DNA of 64,000 nt from Bacillota bacterium (lineage in GTDB: Bacteria; Bacillota; Clostridia; Christensenellales; UBA1242). The notes below the pieces were generated by a model. That model made no database searches, was not told the DNA's origin, and saw only the letters and a program-made list of their open reading frames with translations. Position numbers and translations under genes: made by a program. The DNA lies in NCBI GenBank assembly GCA_009787915.1, contig WQSK01000001.1:7119-71118 (forward strand), in the 5' to 3' direction. Of this stretch, positions 54,708 through 63,562 are shown piece after piece. The number at the start of each line of letters is the position of its first letter. Position 1 is the first letter of the stretch.

Positions 54708-55415
54708 TTAAAGGCTTAGTCCTTGTGAAATATCTTTTTTCAGGTTAATAGGGAATTTGTCGTTTAATTCAAATCGTTCGTCGGTCAGGGCAAGGTTTGT
54801 GAATATACTGCCAATCAAGCCCTGCATTTTGCTATAGACATTTACATGTTTAATTGTCTTGTCGGATTTTAAAACTTTGTTATCTTTTTCCAAACTGCAA
54901 TGGCAGGGTATCGCAACCGCTGGTGTCCCTGTCTTTGTGGCAAAATCAAACTGGTCAACAAGGGCAAGGCAAACCCTTTTCGATATTAACAAATCCATGT
55001 TTTGGTTTACATGTGGCGGATAAAAATAACTTTGTGAGGAAAAACACTCTGGCAAAACTTCAGGTTTTTGGCACGTATGTTCCCAGACATACATAGATTC
55101 GAGTTGCGCCCGAAAAGCATCCCACACGCCAATTGCCTCTACCAAAGTGTCGCCTGGACCAATATGTCCAAGGCTTTTCATATTTTTGATACCAGGTAAC
55201 AGTTTAAGAATCTTGTTTATCTTTAATGCAGACTCGGCGTTATAAGCAATTGCGTTCTTGCACATATCTGCCTCCTCGTCTAACTCGCTTAAAACGAATG
55301 TCTTGAATTTATAGAATCCCAAAAAGTTCTTGAAACTCAATCTGCTTTTCAAAAATTTGTCGATAAACTCTTGTGCCAGGATAGTTTTTCTGCATAATTC
55401 GATTGTACTCATCAT
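54708..55415 (-). CDS. hypothetical protein
   Basis: ORF. ATG at 55415/55412 preferred because it lies downstream of TGtTATATT. The track start at 55517 would overlap the upstream gene by 73 nt. Confidence 0.5.
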   Translation of the reverse strand: MMSTIELCRKTILAQEFIDKFLKSRLSFKNFLGFYKFKTFVLSELDEEADMCKNAIAYNAESALKINKILKLLPGIKNMKSLGHIGPGDTLVEAIGVWDAFRAQLESMYVWEHTCQKPEVLPECFSSQSYFYPPHVNQNMDLLISKRVCLALVDQFDFATKTGTPAVAIPCHCSLEKDNKVLKSDKTIKHVNVYSKMQGLIGSIFTNLALTDERFELNDKFPINLKKDISQGLSL

Positions 55416-55444
55416 GCTTAATATAACACAAAAACCTAGAAAAA

Positions 55445-55975
55445 TCAATACTTTTTTAAAAGTACCGCGTAAGGGCTGGTTGTCTTTGCCAGAGGTTTTT
55501 CTATTTTGACATCCCAATTTTGACCGAGCGATGAAACAAATTTTTCAACCTCAACCGCTTCGCTATCACCGCCTGTGTGACCTGGGTAGACAACAATCGC
55601 GATTCTTCCGTTGGGGGAGAGTTTACCGCAAAGTTTTTTCAACGCCATGATAGTTGTATCGGGCTTTGTAATTACAGATTTGTCCGAGCGGGGCAGATAC
55701 CCCAAGTTAAAAATCGCGGCCTTGATTTCGCCGTCAATATATTTGTCAAGGTTCTCGTGCCCGTCCTTTAAAAGGGTCGCGGAAAGATTGTTTTGCGATA
55801 ACAACTTGCCCGTGTTTGTGATAGCCAAATCTTGCACGTCAAAAGCGAACACTTTTGCACCTTGTGAGGCTAAAAACACTGTGTCGTGACCATTGCCCAT
55901 TGTCGCATCTACAACTATGTCGCCTTGGTGGATGACTTGTTTCAGGAAATCGTGCGCGATTTGTATTGGATTCAT
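55445..55975 (-). CDS. mnmM: SAM-dependent methyltransferase, YtqB/MnmM-like
   Basis: GDIVVDATMGNGHDTVFLA and AAIFNLGYLPRSDKS closely match my recollection of B. subtilis YtqB. Confidence 0.75.
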   Translation of the reverse strand: MNPIQIAHDFLKQVIHQGDIVVDATMGNGHDTVFLASQGAKVFAFDVQDLAITNTGKLLSQNNLSATLLKDGHENLDKYIDGEIKAAIFNLGYLPRSDKSVITKPDTTIMALKKLCGKLSPNGRIAIVVYPGHTGGDSEAVEVEKFVSSLGQNWDVKIEKPLAKTTSPYAVLLKKY

Positions 55976-56032
55976 AAAAATTATGTTATCACGTATTGAT
56001 TATTTAAAACAAGTGTGATAAAGTGTAATGTT

Positions 56033-56045
56033 CGGAGGGTTACCG
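56033..56045 (+). repeat. fragment copy of the tRNA-Ser 5' end (13 nt)
   Basis: CGGAGGGTTACCG equals 56173-56185. Confidence 0.8.
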
Positions 56046-56088
56046 CTAGGAGCGCAAGCGACGTCGGGAACCTGAAGGAACGAAGTTA

Positions 56089-56113
56089 CGGAGGGTTACC
56101 GAAGTGGTCATAA
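56089..56113 (+). repeat. fragment copy of the tRNA-Ser 5' end (25 nt, acceptor plus D-arm)
   Basis: CGGAGGGTTACCGAAGTGGTCATAA equals 56173-56197. Confidence 0.85.
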
Positions 56114-56147
56114 GAACCTGGCTTGCGCCAGAACCTTGGACCACTCC
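56101..56147. repeat. covarying hairpin family, copy C (opposite orientation to A and B)
   Basis: GAAGTGGTC ATAAGAACC TGGC TTGC GCCA GAACCTTG GACCACTCC. Confidence 0.7.
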
Positions 56148-56173
56148 GTGGTATAATCGTTCCAAAATTGCTC

Positions 56174-56262
56174 GGAGGGTTACCGAAGTGGTCATAACGG
56201 GGCGGTCTTGAAAACCGTTAGGGTGCAAGCCCACAAGAGTTCGAATCTCTTACCCTCCTCCA
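56174..56262 (+). tRNA. tRNA-Ser (anticodon UGA), class II with long variable arm
   Basis: Hand-folded: acceptor GGAGGGT/ACCCTCC, anticodon loop CTTGAAA, variable arm GGGTGCAAGCCC, T-arm AGAGTTCGAATCTCT, discriminator T, encoded CCA. TGgTATAAT promoter at 56149-57. Confidence 0.9.
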
Positions 56263-57776
56263 AGCGATTTAATATGCGGACTGGAAAGTTCGTTGTAATC
56301 AATGCCTTGTTCGTGCAAGGTAATTTTAAGGTCGTTTAGGGTTATCGGATCGACTTTGTCAAAGTTATAAAACATAAAAATTCCGTGTTCCAAAACCCAA
56401 ATAGAATTAACAAATCCATGTATGATTTTCTTTTGGTACGTAGGGTCGTTTATATCTCCGCCAATAAATTGTTGCAGTCGTTTTCTATAATCTTCCGCAG
56501 TTCTCGGCAAGTTAGATATATGTCGGAGTTTTGACAACTCGATGTTTAAGTCACTTTTTTGTATCTCGAGGTCTTTGCTACGTTGGTTGATTTTTGAAAC
56601 TATTGTTTGACCTTGTGCCACAAGTAAAGTGTCAATCAATTTTTCAATTTCCCGGTCGATGACAGATATGCGTTTTTCGTACTCTTTAACCCGTTGCGTG
56701 GTTATATTATTGGCGTGATAATCAGAGAGCAATTTACTTGCACGTTCTATGTTCTTTGCGTTTGATATGAACTCGATAATGTCTTGGACAACCGACTTTT
56801 CTAACTCGGACTTGTTCTCGTTTGATTTATGACAATCCTTGAACTTGTGTCTGTTACTGCAAACATAGTATCTAAAATTTGTTTCGCCATTTCGGACTTT
56901 ACCGCAAACGCCATTCATAGTAGCACCACAATGTCCGCAGTATGCCTTGCCAGTCAAAAGATACTCGACCTTTGCTTTACCTTGGGCGGACAAACGCTTT
57001 TTCGTTGCACACATCTTTTGTACTTCTTCAAAAAGTTTATCGTCGATAAGCCTGGGGTATATGTTGGTGTATTCAACACCATGACGTTCAAGTATTCCGA
57101 TGTAGTTTTTGTTTTTCAAGTTGTGGTAAATGTTTGTGACACTCCAAGGCTCGCCACTTCTATTGCGTATACCTTTTTCGTTAAGTTCTTTGCAAATCTC
57201 TTTCTTAGGTTTTCCGCTTGCATAGTCTGAAAAAATCTTTTTCATAATTTCGGCTTTGGGTTTATCAATTTGAATTTTCTTGTCAACAACCTTGTACCCA
57301 TACGTCACAATTCCGCCAGTCCAGTTCCCCTTGTCAAGATTGATTTGATTGCCACGTTTAATTTTCTGAGAGAGTTCCACTGAATAGAACTGGTTGTAAC
57401 CCTCTATGACACTTTCTAACAAAATGCCCTCTGGCGAGTCCGCTATGGCTTCCGTTGCCGACACGACCTTAACGCCTGCTTCTTTAAGTTGTCGTTTATA
57501 AACCACACTTTCATATTTGTCCCTAGAAAATCGGTCAAGTTTATACACCAAAATCACGTCAAATATTTCTTGTTTGCTGTCCGAAATCATGCGTTGAAAT
57601 TCAGGACGTTTGTCATTAGTCCCCGTCATAGCACGATCAACATACTCGCCTACAATGGCGAGATTTTGTCGTTGGGCAAATTCCCCACAGACTTTAACCT
57701 GTCCTTCAATCGACTGTTCCGTTTGGTTGTTGGAACTGTACCTTGCGTAGATTACTGCTTTGTTCATTTTACACAC
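56250..57776 (-). CDS. large serine recombinase
   Basis: N-terminal resolvase domain AVIYARYSSNNQ...SIEGQ, recombinase domain, Zn-ribbon (CGHCG...C..RYYVC), coiled coil. The last codons overlap the tRNA-Ser 3' end. Confidence 0.9.
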   Translation of the reverse strand: MCKMNKAVIYARYSSNNQTEQSIEGQVKVCGEFAQRQNLAIVGEYVDRAMTGTNDKRPEFQRMISDSKQEIFDVILVYKLDRFSRDKYESVVYKRQLKEAGVKVVSATEAIADSPEGILLESVIEGYNQFYSVELSQKIKRGNQINLDKGNWTGGIVTYGYKVVDKKIQIDKPKAEIMKKIFSDYASGKPKKEICKELNEKGIRNRSGEPWSVTNIYHNLKNKNYIGILERHGVEYTNIYPRLIDDKLFEEVQKMCATKKRLSAQGKAKVEYLLTGKAYCGHCGATMNGVCGKVRNGETNFRYYVCSNRHKFKDCHKSNENKSELEKSVVQDIIEFISNAKNIERASKLLSDYHANNITTQRVKEYEKRISVIDREIEKLIDTLLVAQGQTIVSKINQRSKDLEIQKSDLNIELSKLRHISNLPRTAEDYRKRLQQFIGGDINDPTYQKKIIHGFVNSIWVLEHGIFMFYNFDKVDPITLNDLKITLHEQGIDYNELSSPHIKSLGGG

Positions 57777-57810
57777 TCCTTTTTGCCCTTAACAAGCAAC
57801 CGATCGTAGG

Positions 57811-57941
57811 GCTGCCTTTTGGGCTTAGCCGACAAACCGCACAACCGCCCAAGGCAGTCAAGGTGGAAGTTCCAAGGGAAAACTACCTTGACGGTCTTGG
57901 GCGTGTTGTGCTACCAACATCGGCTATGCCCAAAAGGGAGC
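57811..57941. other. 130-nt extended imperfect hairpin, single-strand-origin-like
   Basis: Nested helices: 57815-24/57928-37, 57826-32/57920-26, 57839-45/57905-11, 57846-53/57896-903 and 57857-64/57885-92. Confidence 0.6.
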
Positions 57942-58402
57942 ACACCAACTGTACCACAAGTGATGGGAAAAGTTAGGTTTTTGCTGTGTAAAGTATTGGT
58001 TTTGTGTAGGTAAAGTCATGGGACAAATTAAAAACGATTTTTTAAAATTCTAGTAGTCAAAATGGGTACTTCTTGCGTTCTCCATGTAGGGAAAGTTTTT
58101 TTGATTTACCCCCTCACTTTTGACCTTTGTCGTGACCTACTGTTAAGGCAAAAGAAAAACAAATGACAGCAAATCTTTAAGAGGTGGCTGTGCAAAAAAC
58201 TATTCGAGTACAAATCGGCAGTTATCGGCTTCGTGACAAAGTTACGAGGTCGCTTTTGCCATGCGTGCCGATTTATGCAGAAGTCACAACAAAGGTAGCA
58301 GTAAGTCTTGCGGAACGAGTGGCAAGCCTTCTAGTCGATTGCTATCAAATGAGCAAAGCGAATGAGCCGAGAGTGTGCAAACACACTTGCGACCGCACAG
58401 TG

Positions 58403-58488
58403 GTGGCGAGAGACGAGGCTTGCCCGTCTCCGCCACGTGCGCCGCAAGGGGTTGCTAGCGAAGCGGTTGTCATACTTGATATTGGCAA
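58403..58488 (+). other. GC-rich 12-bp hairpin plus small hairpin presenting ACTTGATATT in its loop; candidate nick/double-strand origin
   Basis: Stem 58403-15 / 58425-36. TGTCA (58469-73) / TGGCA (58484-88) flank the loop TACTTGATAT. The element lies 34 nt upstream of the rep ATG. Confidence 0.45.
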
Positions 58489-58521
58489 CACTTAAAAATT
58501 CTAAAAGAGGTGGATAATCAC

Positions 58522-59448
58522 ATGGACAAGTTCATGTCAAAACGTGTTGAGAGGGTTTTGAAACCTAACGCACATTTATTATCTAAACAAAAGAGAGAGC
58601 AAGTAAATACTCGGATAAATCGGTTTAAGTTCTTTACTGAAATCATTTACTATCACGAACCTTTTGATATCCTGACTGGTAAGAAAGATTATAACTGGGT
58701 AGATACTGAAACTGGCAAAATCATCTCAGCGAGTAAACGAAAAGAGATAACAGACCAAGAGCAAATTGACGAATACGCAAGTCGTGGCGAGATTTTGGAA
58801 ATCGACAACGGATTTGACCGCAGTCAATACGAGAGTTGTCGCAGAGCAAAAGACAATTTTTATGGATATGCTTTGTGTAATGACTGGGTTTATTTTTGTA
58901 CTTTTACGATTGCGAAAAGCGAACATGACCATGATGACAAAGCAACAAAATACTACTGGCAAATGTTCCGCCAAAAGTTACAAAAGAGATTTCCAACTGT
59001 TAAGATCCTTGCAGTTCCTGAACGCCACGCCAAAGGCAACATTCATTTTCATGCTTTACTTGGGGATTGTGACTTAGAAAATATTTTAGTCGTGGCAATC
59101 AACCCACACACAAGCGAACCTGTATTACAAAGTGGTCGACAAGTTTATAATTTGCCACTCTGGGACAAAGGTTTTTCAACTGTTGTTAAAATCGACCAAG
59201 AGAGTATTGAAAACCAGTTGAAAGCAATCAACTACATTATTGGATATGTGACCAAGCAAGAGAACAGCATTGGGCTTAATCAGAAACGCTATTATCGAAC
59301 TAGAAACTTGGATTTCAAAAACACCGAGATAAAGTTTACTGACAAAGCGAAATATGAGAGTCTGCTATTAAGTACGTTTGATATAAACGCAAAACTCGTC
59401 AAACACAAAGAGAACGACAGAATGATTGTTTTTAGGGTGTACAATTAA
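58522..59448 (+). CDS. HUH rolling-circle replication initiator (two-Tyr, phiX gpA / gokushovirus VP4-like)
   Basis: Motif 1 FCTFTIA, motif 2 HFHALLG, motif 3 [11 protein letters not shown] 58522 follows an AGAGG RBS. Confidence 0.75.
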   Translation: MDKFMSKRVERVLKPNAHLLSKQKREQVNTRINRFKFFTEIIYYHEPFDILTGKKDYNWVDTETGKIISASKRKEITDQEQIDEYASRGEILEIDNGFDRSQYESCRRAKDNFYGYALCNDWVYFCTFTIAKSEHDHDDKATKYYWQMFRQKLQKRFPTVKILAVPERHAKGNIHFHALLGDCDLENILVVAINPHTSEPVLQSGRQVYNLPLWDKGFSTVVKIDQESIENQLKAINYIIGYVTKQENSIGLNQKRYYRTRNLDFKNTEIKFTDKAKYESLLLSTFDINAKLVKHKENDRMIVFRVYN

Positions 59449-59473
59449 GAAGGTTAATGGTACAATCACAACG

Positions 59474-60451
59474 ATGAAAATCGTTTCATTTTTTGCAGGT
59501 GCTGGGGGTCTTGACCTTGGCTTTGAAAAAGCGGGGTTTCACACTGTTTGGGCGAATGAATACGATAAAACAATTTGGGCTACTTATGAAAAAAATTTTC
59601 CTAATTCTAAACTTGATAAACGAAGCATAACAGATGTATCTCCCAAAGAAGTTCCCGATTGTGACGGAATCATTGGCGGACCGCCATGTCAAAGTTGGAG
59701 TGAAGCCGGTGCGGGGCGTGGCATTGATGACGATAGGGGTAAATTGTTTTTAGACTATATTAGGATATTAAAAGATAAAAAGCCAAAGTTTTTCTTGTGT
59801 GAAAATGTGGGCGGTATGCTTTTAGATAAACACAAAGTTAATTTCGATAAGTTTATTTCCGAGTTTGAAAGTGCAGGATATAATGTTTCTTGGCAACTTG
59901 TTGACGCTAATGATTTTGATGTCCCTCAAAATCGCAAGCGTGTCATCATCGTGGGATATAGAAAAGATTTAAATAAAAAGTTTGAATTTCCACCTGTGCA
60001 AGAATATAAACCAAATTTGAAAGACGCTATATGGGATTTGCGACAAGCCCAACCTGCTAAACAGCATAATAAGTCATGGGGGCTTGAATTACCAATTCCG
60101 AATCACGAATATATGAATGGCGGATTCTCTACAATCTTTATGTCACGTAATCGTGTACGTTCTTGGGACGAACCTTCTTTCACTATCCAAGCAGGTGGCA
60201 GACACGCCCCTATCCACCCACAAGCCCCTAAAATGCTTTTTGTCGAACAAAACAAAAGAATATTCGTTCCCGGTAAAGAAGATGATTATAGGCGGTTGTC
60301 CGTGCGTGAGTGTGCAAGAATACAAACATTCCCCGATAGTTTTATTTTTATTTATAATGACATTGCCGACGGTTACAAAATGGTGGGTAATGCCGTGCCA
60401 GTAAACCTAGCGTATGCGATTGCAAAAAAGATAAAGGAAGATTTGAAATGA
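59474..60451 (+). CDS. DNA (cytosine-5) methyltransferase, M.HaeIII-like
   Basis: Motif [46 protein letters not shown]. The TRD segment [33 protein letters not shown] resembles M.HaeIII as I recall it. Confidence 0.9.
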   Translation: MKIVSFFAGAGGLDLGFEKAGFHTVWANEYDKTIWATYEKNFPNSKLDKRSITDVSPKEVPDCDGIIGGPPCQSWSEAGAGRGIDDDRGKLFLDYIRILKDKKPKFFLCENVGGMLLDKHKVNFDKFISEFESAGYNVSWQLVDANDFDVPQNRKRVIIVGYRKDLNKKFEFPPVQEYKPNLKDAIWDLRQAQPAKQHNKSWGLELPIPNHEYMNGGFSTIFMSRNRVRSWDEPSFTIQAGGRHAPIHPQAPKMLFVEQNKRIFVPGKEDDYRRLSVRECARIQTFPDSFIFIYNDIADGYKMVGNAVPVNLAYAIAKKIKEDLK

Positions 60452-61404
60452 GAACAACAATAAACTCAACAATTAAAGGCAAGGCATATGAATACGCTTG
60501 CGTGTTGGCGATAAAGGAACTTGTCACGCCTATTCGTCCAGTTGAAATCATAGCGAATTCAAGTCTTGAAATAGCAGAACAAAGATATAACGAAATCACG
60601 CAAGACGAGCAAGCCGAAATGTTGAGATCCGCAAAAGCGGGCATGAGCAAAATTATTGAAATGGAACCCAAAGTAACCGACGACGGAGATGATAAATTGA
60701 CCATATCGCTACAACCCGATAATTTGGCGAAAGGTGGGGATATTCGTGATGTCCTGATTATCCGACGTTCAATCAAGTGGGAAATCGGAGTTTCGGTTAA
60801 ACATAACCACGAGGCGTTAAAACACTCACGGCTTTCGATGAGTATTGATTTTGGCAAACTTTGGCTTGGTGCAAATTGTTCCAAAGATTACTTCACTGAA
60901 ATAAAACCTTTGTTTGACATGTTGTCAAAAGAAAAGTCTTGCGGGAAATTGTGGTCGCAGTTGCCAAGCAAGGAGAATGCCGTATATGTTCCGTTATTAA
61001 CTGCTTTCAAAAATGAGTTTATTAAACTTAATTCTCAAAACGAAGACGTAACCGAAAATCTAATTCGCTATCTGCTTGGAAGCAACGGGAAAGACTATTA
61101 CAAACTTATCCACCGCAATAATAACATTGCTACGATTATTCCATTTAACTTGTTCGGCACATTAAACACAAGCGGTAAAAACAAGCCAACTATAACTATC
61201 CCAAATATCGAATTACCTACGCGAATTATTGAGTTTGATTTCAAAGAAAAATCACAAACCACGTTGATATTAACAATGAATAATGGTTGGTCAATTTCTT
61301 TCCGAATTCACAATGCAAGTTCCAAAGTTGAAACAAGTTTGAAATTCGATATTAATTTACAAAGCAAGCCCGAAAAAATGTTTTATATAGATGTTAAGTG
61401 GTAA
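60448..61404 (+). CDS. putative cognate type II restriction endonuclease
   Basis: ATGA overlap with the MTase stop. 318 aa. No independent motif recognised, so the call rests on position and size. Confidence 0.5.
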   Translation: MRTTINSTIKGKAYEYACVLAIKELVTPIRPVEIIANSSLEIAEQRYNEITQDEQAEMLRSAKAGMSKIIEMEPKVTDDGDDKLTISLQPDNLAKGGDIRDVLIIRRSIKWEIGVSVKHNHEALKHSRLSMSIDFGKLWLGANCSKDYFTEIKPLFDMLSKEKSCGKLWSQLPSKENAVYVPLLTAFKNEFIKLNSQNEDVTENLIRYLLGSNGKDYYKLIHRNNNIATIIPFNLFGTLNTSGKNKPTITIPNIELPTRIIEFDFKEKSQTTLILTMNNGWSISFRIHNASSKVETSLKFDINLQSKPEKMFYIDVKW

Positions 61405-61485
61405 GTACCTAAATAGTTCCAAACTTGAAGATAATTTTATATTGTCTTTGAGTAGAATTCGTGGTAGTATCTGGGTGGAGGCATT

Positions 61486-62553
61486 TTGAGAAAGAAAAAT
61501 CCTAGATACAAAGAATATTTGAGACGCAAAAGTAGGAAGAAAGGAGTGCGTAAAGCTGAACGCCGTTACCATAAACCATGCACTAGTAGGAAGAAAGAAG
61601 CTATCAAAATAAAAAAATATAAAAAAACTGATAGATGCCACTTACAAAAGATTAAAGAAAAGAGTTTTAGTCTTCCAGAGGATTTTAGCTTGCTTAGTAA
61701 TCCAGAAGACGTGAAGAGCACTTTTCACTGTATTCGTGAATTCATGATTGCGAATAGAGGTCTGCGCATGAAGATAAAAATCGATGCTAGAAATATTAAA
61801 AATGCAACAGCAGATGCAGTAATGTACCTACTCGCGATGCTTAGAGACAAGCGGAATCAAAATGAAGGTATTAGGTGGTCTGGAGACCTCCCGCTAGTAG
61901 ATGGAGCAAGACGTGTATTTATGGAGTCAGGATTTCTTAGCTACGTTAATAGCTTAAATAATATTATCAAAAACGCCGATAAGGTTGCGATTAAAAATGG
62001 AAAAGAGGTTAAATCAGATCTTGCAAAAGCCATATGCGATTGGGTTATAGACAAAATTGGGTGTACTAGAAATGAAACGAAATTTTTGCAGAAGACTATT
62101 GTAGAGCTTATGGAAAACACGAAAGCACATGCTTACACTGATGACACAGATCTTTTAAAAGATTGGTATTTGTTTGTCGAAAAGCGCAGCTCGAAATTTG
62201 AGTTTGTATTTCTTGACACAGGTGGCAGTATACCTTCGACCATTAAAAAGAGATTTGGAGAAAAGGTTTTTGGTGCTAGGCAAGTAGATTTGATTGAGTC
62301 TGCTTTGGAGGGCGGAGAATTTCGTTCAACTACAAAACTTAAGCATCGAAACAAAGGCTTGCCAAATATTAAACAAAAAATTGAATATGGACATATTAAA
62401 AGTATGGTGATATTATCTAATAGGGCGAAGTGTGAACTGTATAAAGAAAATAATAATCTAGTTATAAAAAAAGATGAGCAAAAAAATAAATTATATGGTA
62501 CGCTATACTACTGGGAAGTAGACACTGTGAAATTGAAAGGAGAAGCATGTTAA
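61486..62553 (+). CDS. GHKL (anti-sigma-kinase-like) ATPase with an extremely basic ~60-aa N-terminus
   Basis: GGAGG RBS and TTG start. N-box IVELMENTKAHAY, G1-like FLDTGGSIP, G2-like NKGLPNI. The first 60 aa are about half Lys/Arg. Confidence 0.6.
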   Translation: MRKKNPRYKEYLRRKSRKKGVRKAERRYHKPCTSRKKEAIKIKKYKKTDRCHLQKIKEKSFSLPEDFSLLSNPEDVKSTFHCIREFMIANRGLRMKIKIDARNIKNATADAVMYLLAMLRDKRNQNEGIRWSGDLPLVDGARRVFMESGFLSYVNSLNNIIKNADKVAIKNGKEVKSDLAKAICDWVIDKIGCTRNETKFLQKTIVELMENTKAHAYTDDTDLLKDWYLFVEKRSSKFEFVFLDTGGSIPSTIKKRFGEKVFGARQVDLIESALEGGEFRSTTKLKHRNKGLPNIKQKIEYGHIKSMVILSNRAKCELYKENNNLVIKKDEQKNKLYGTLYYWEVDTVKLKGEAC

Positions 62554-62885
62554 TGGAAAAGATTAAGATAAATGTCGCACATGACTTTACTGAGATACCG
62601 GGTCCACGCTATAAAAAGGATGGTAAATTTTCTGGCGAGGAATTTAGGGATAAACACCTAATCCCTAACTACGATAAGGCAAAGGCTAATGGTGTAAAGA
62701 TAATGGTCAATCTTGACGGTGGGTATGGCTATCCAGTTTCTTTTCTCGAGGAATCTTTTGGTGGACTCGCAAGGATTTATAGAGACGATAATGTTGTGGG
62801 TATGTTTGATTTTGTTTCAAAAGAGGAGCCATCTTTGATAGATGATATCAGAAAATATATATTGGATGCGAATAAGAGGGTTTGA
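62547..62885 (+). CDS. STAS-like DUF4325 protein
   Basis: KIMVNLDGGYGYPVSFLEESFGGL fits the DUF4325 pattern. The start overlaps the upstream stop (ATG 62547, or TAATG at 62553). Confidence 0.6.
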   Translation: MLMEKIKINVAHDFTEIPGPRYKKDGKFSGEEFRDKHLIPNYDKAKANGVKIMVNLDGGYGYPVSFLEESFGGLARIYRDDNVVGMFDFVSKEEPSLIDDIRKYILDANKRV

Positions 62886-62886
62886 A

Positions 62887-63480
62887 ATGTCAACAAGAAT
62901 AATACAGAGGATATTTTTAATAATAGGTATATTTATCATTATTTCTCTAATTGTTTGGCTAGTACTTGCTTCGAGACTTGACATAAACAAAGAGTCTTTT
63001 TATCATATTTCTTTGTCGGAAGGTATACCAATTATTCTAATTGCCGTGGCAACGATGTTTCTGTCTTTTTGGTTTTCTAATAAAATCTCCGATGAGAAAA
63101 AGCAAAAAGAAACTATATATGAGTATCTTAAAAAGATTATAACCATGTTTGAGAAGATAGATTCTATTGTCGAGGCTTATGATTTAACATCGGCTGCTAA
63201 AATAAGAAATTTCACATGTTGCATGCAAGTTGTTAGTGCGTTTAGAAAGTTAAGCAATACAGTAGATACACTCAAAAAAATGGATGCGGAGCGCTTTTGT
63301 AAAGATGATTTATGTGCGTTAGAGTCACATATTAAGGAATTTAATGACTACATCACTGGGTTCAAGTTTGAAAATGATGTATCGGCCAAGTCGAGGAACG
63401 CTTTGATAATTAAAGTCGGAAAATTTACAAGTGACGCTGGTAATATAATTTTCATATTCGGAGTAAACCTATTTAGATAA
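62887..63480 (+). CDS. 2-TM membrane protein with ~110-aa cytoplasmic helical domain
   Basis: ATG lies 1 nt after the upstream stop. TM1 IFLIIGIFIIISLIVWLVLA, TM2 IPIILIAVATMFLSFWF. Confidence 0.6.
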   Translation: MSTRIIQRIFLIIGIFIIISLIVWLVLASRLDINKESFYHISLSEGIPIILIAVATMFLSFWFSNKISDEKKQKETIYEYLKKIITMFEKIDSIVEAYDLTSAAKIRNFTCCMQVVSAFRKLSNTVDTLKKMDAERFCKDDLCALESHIKEFNDYITGFKFENDVSAKSRNALIIKVGKFTSDAGNIIFIFGVNLFR

Positions 63481-63562
63481 TGAACCTCCCAACAACGCCA
63501 CGGCAGATAAACAACCTTGACAGTTCGTTTATTACGTCGTATGCTCCTCCAAGCGAAGCGCA

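Noticed and set aside
56046-56234. 62-aa minus-strand ORF.
   Set aside because: It is antisense to tRNA-Ser and its 5'-fragment repeats.
58184-58495. 103-aa GC-rich ORF upstream of rep.
   Set aside because: The start sits inside the SD-like AAGAGGTGG with no usable spacing. The region is dominated by strong hairpins and the nick-like site, so it is better explained as origin DNA. I cannot fully exclude a small DNA-binding protein.
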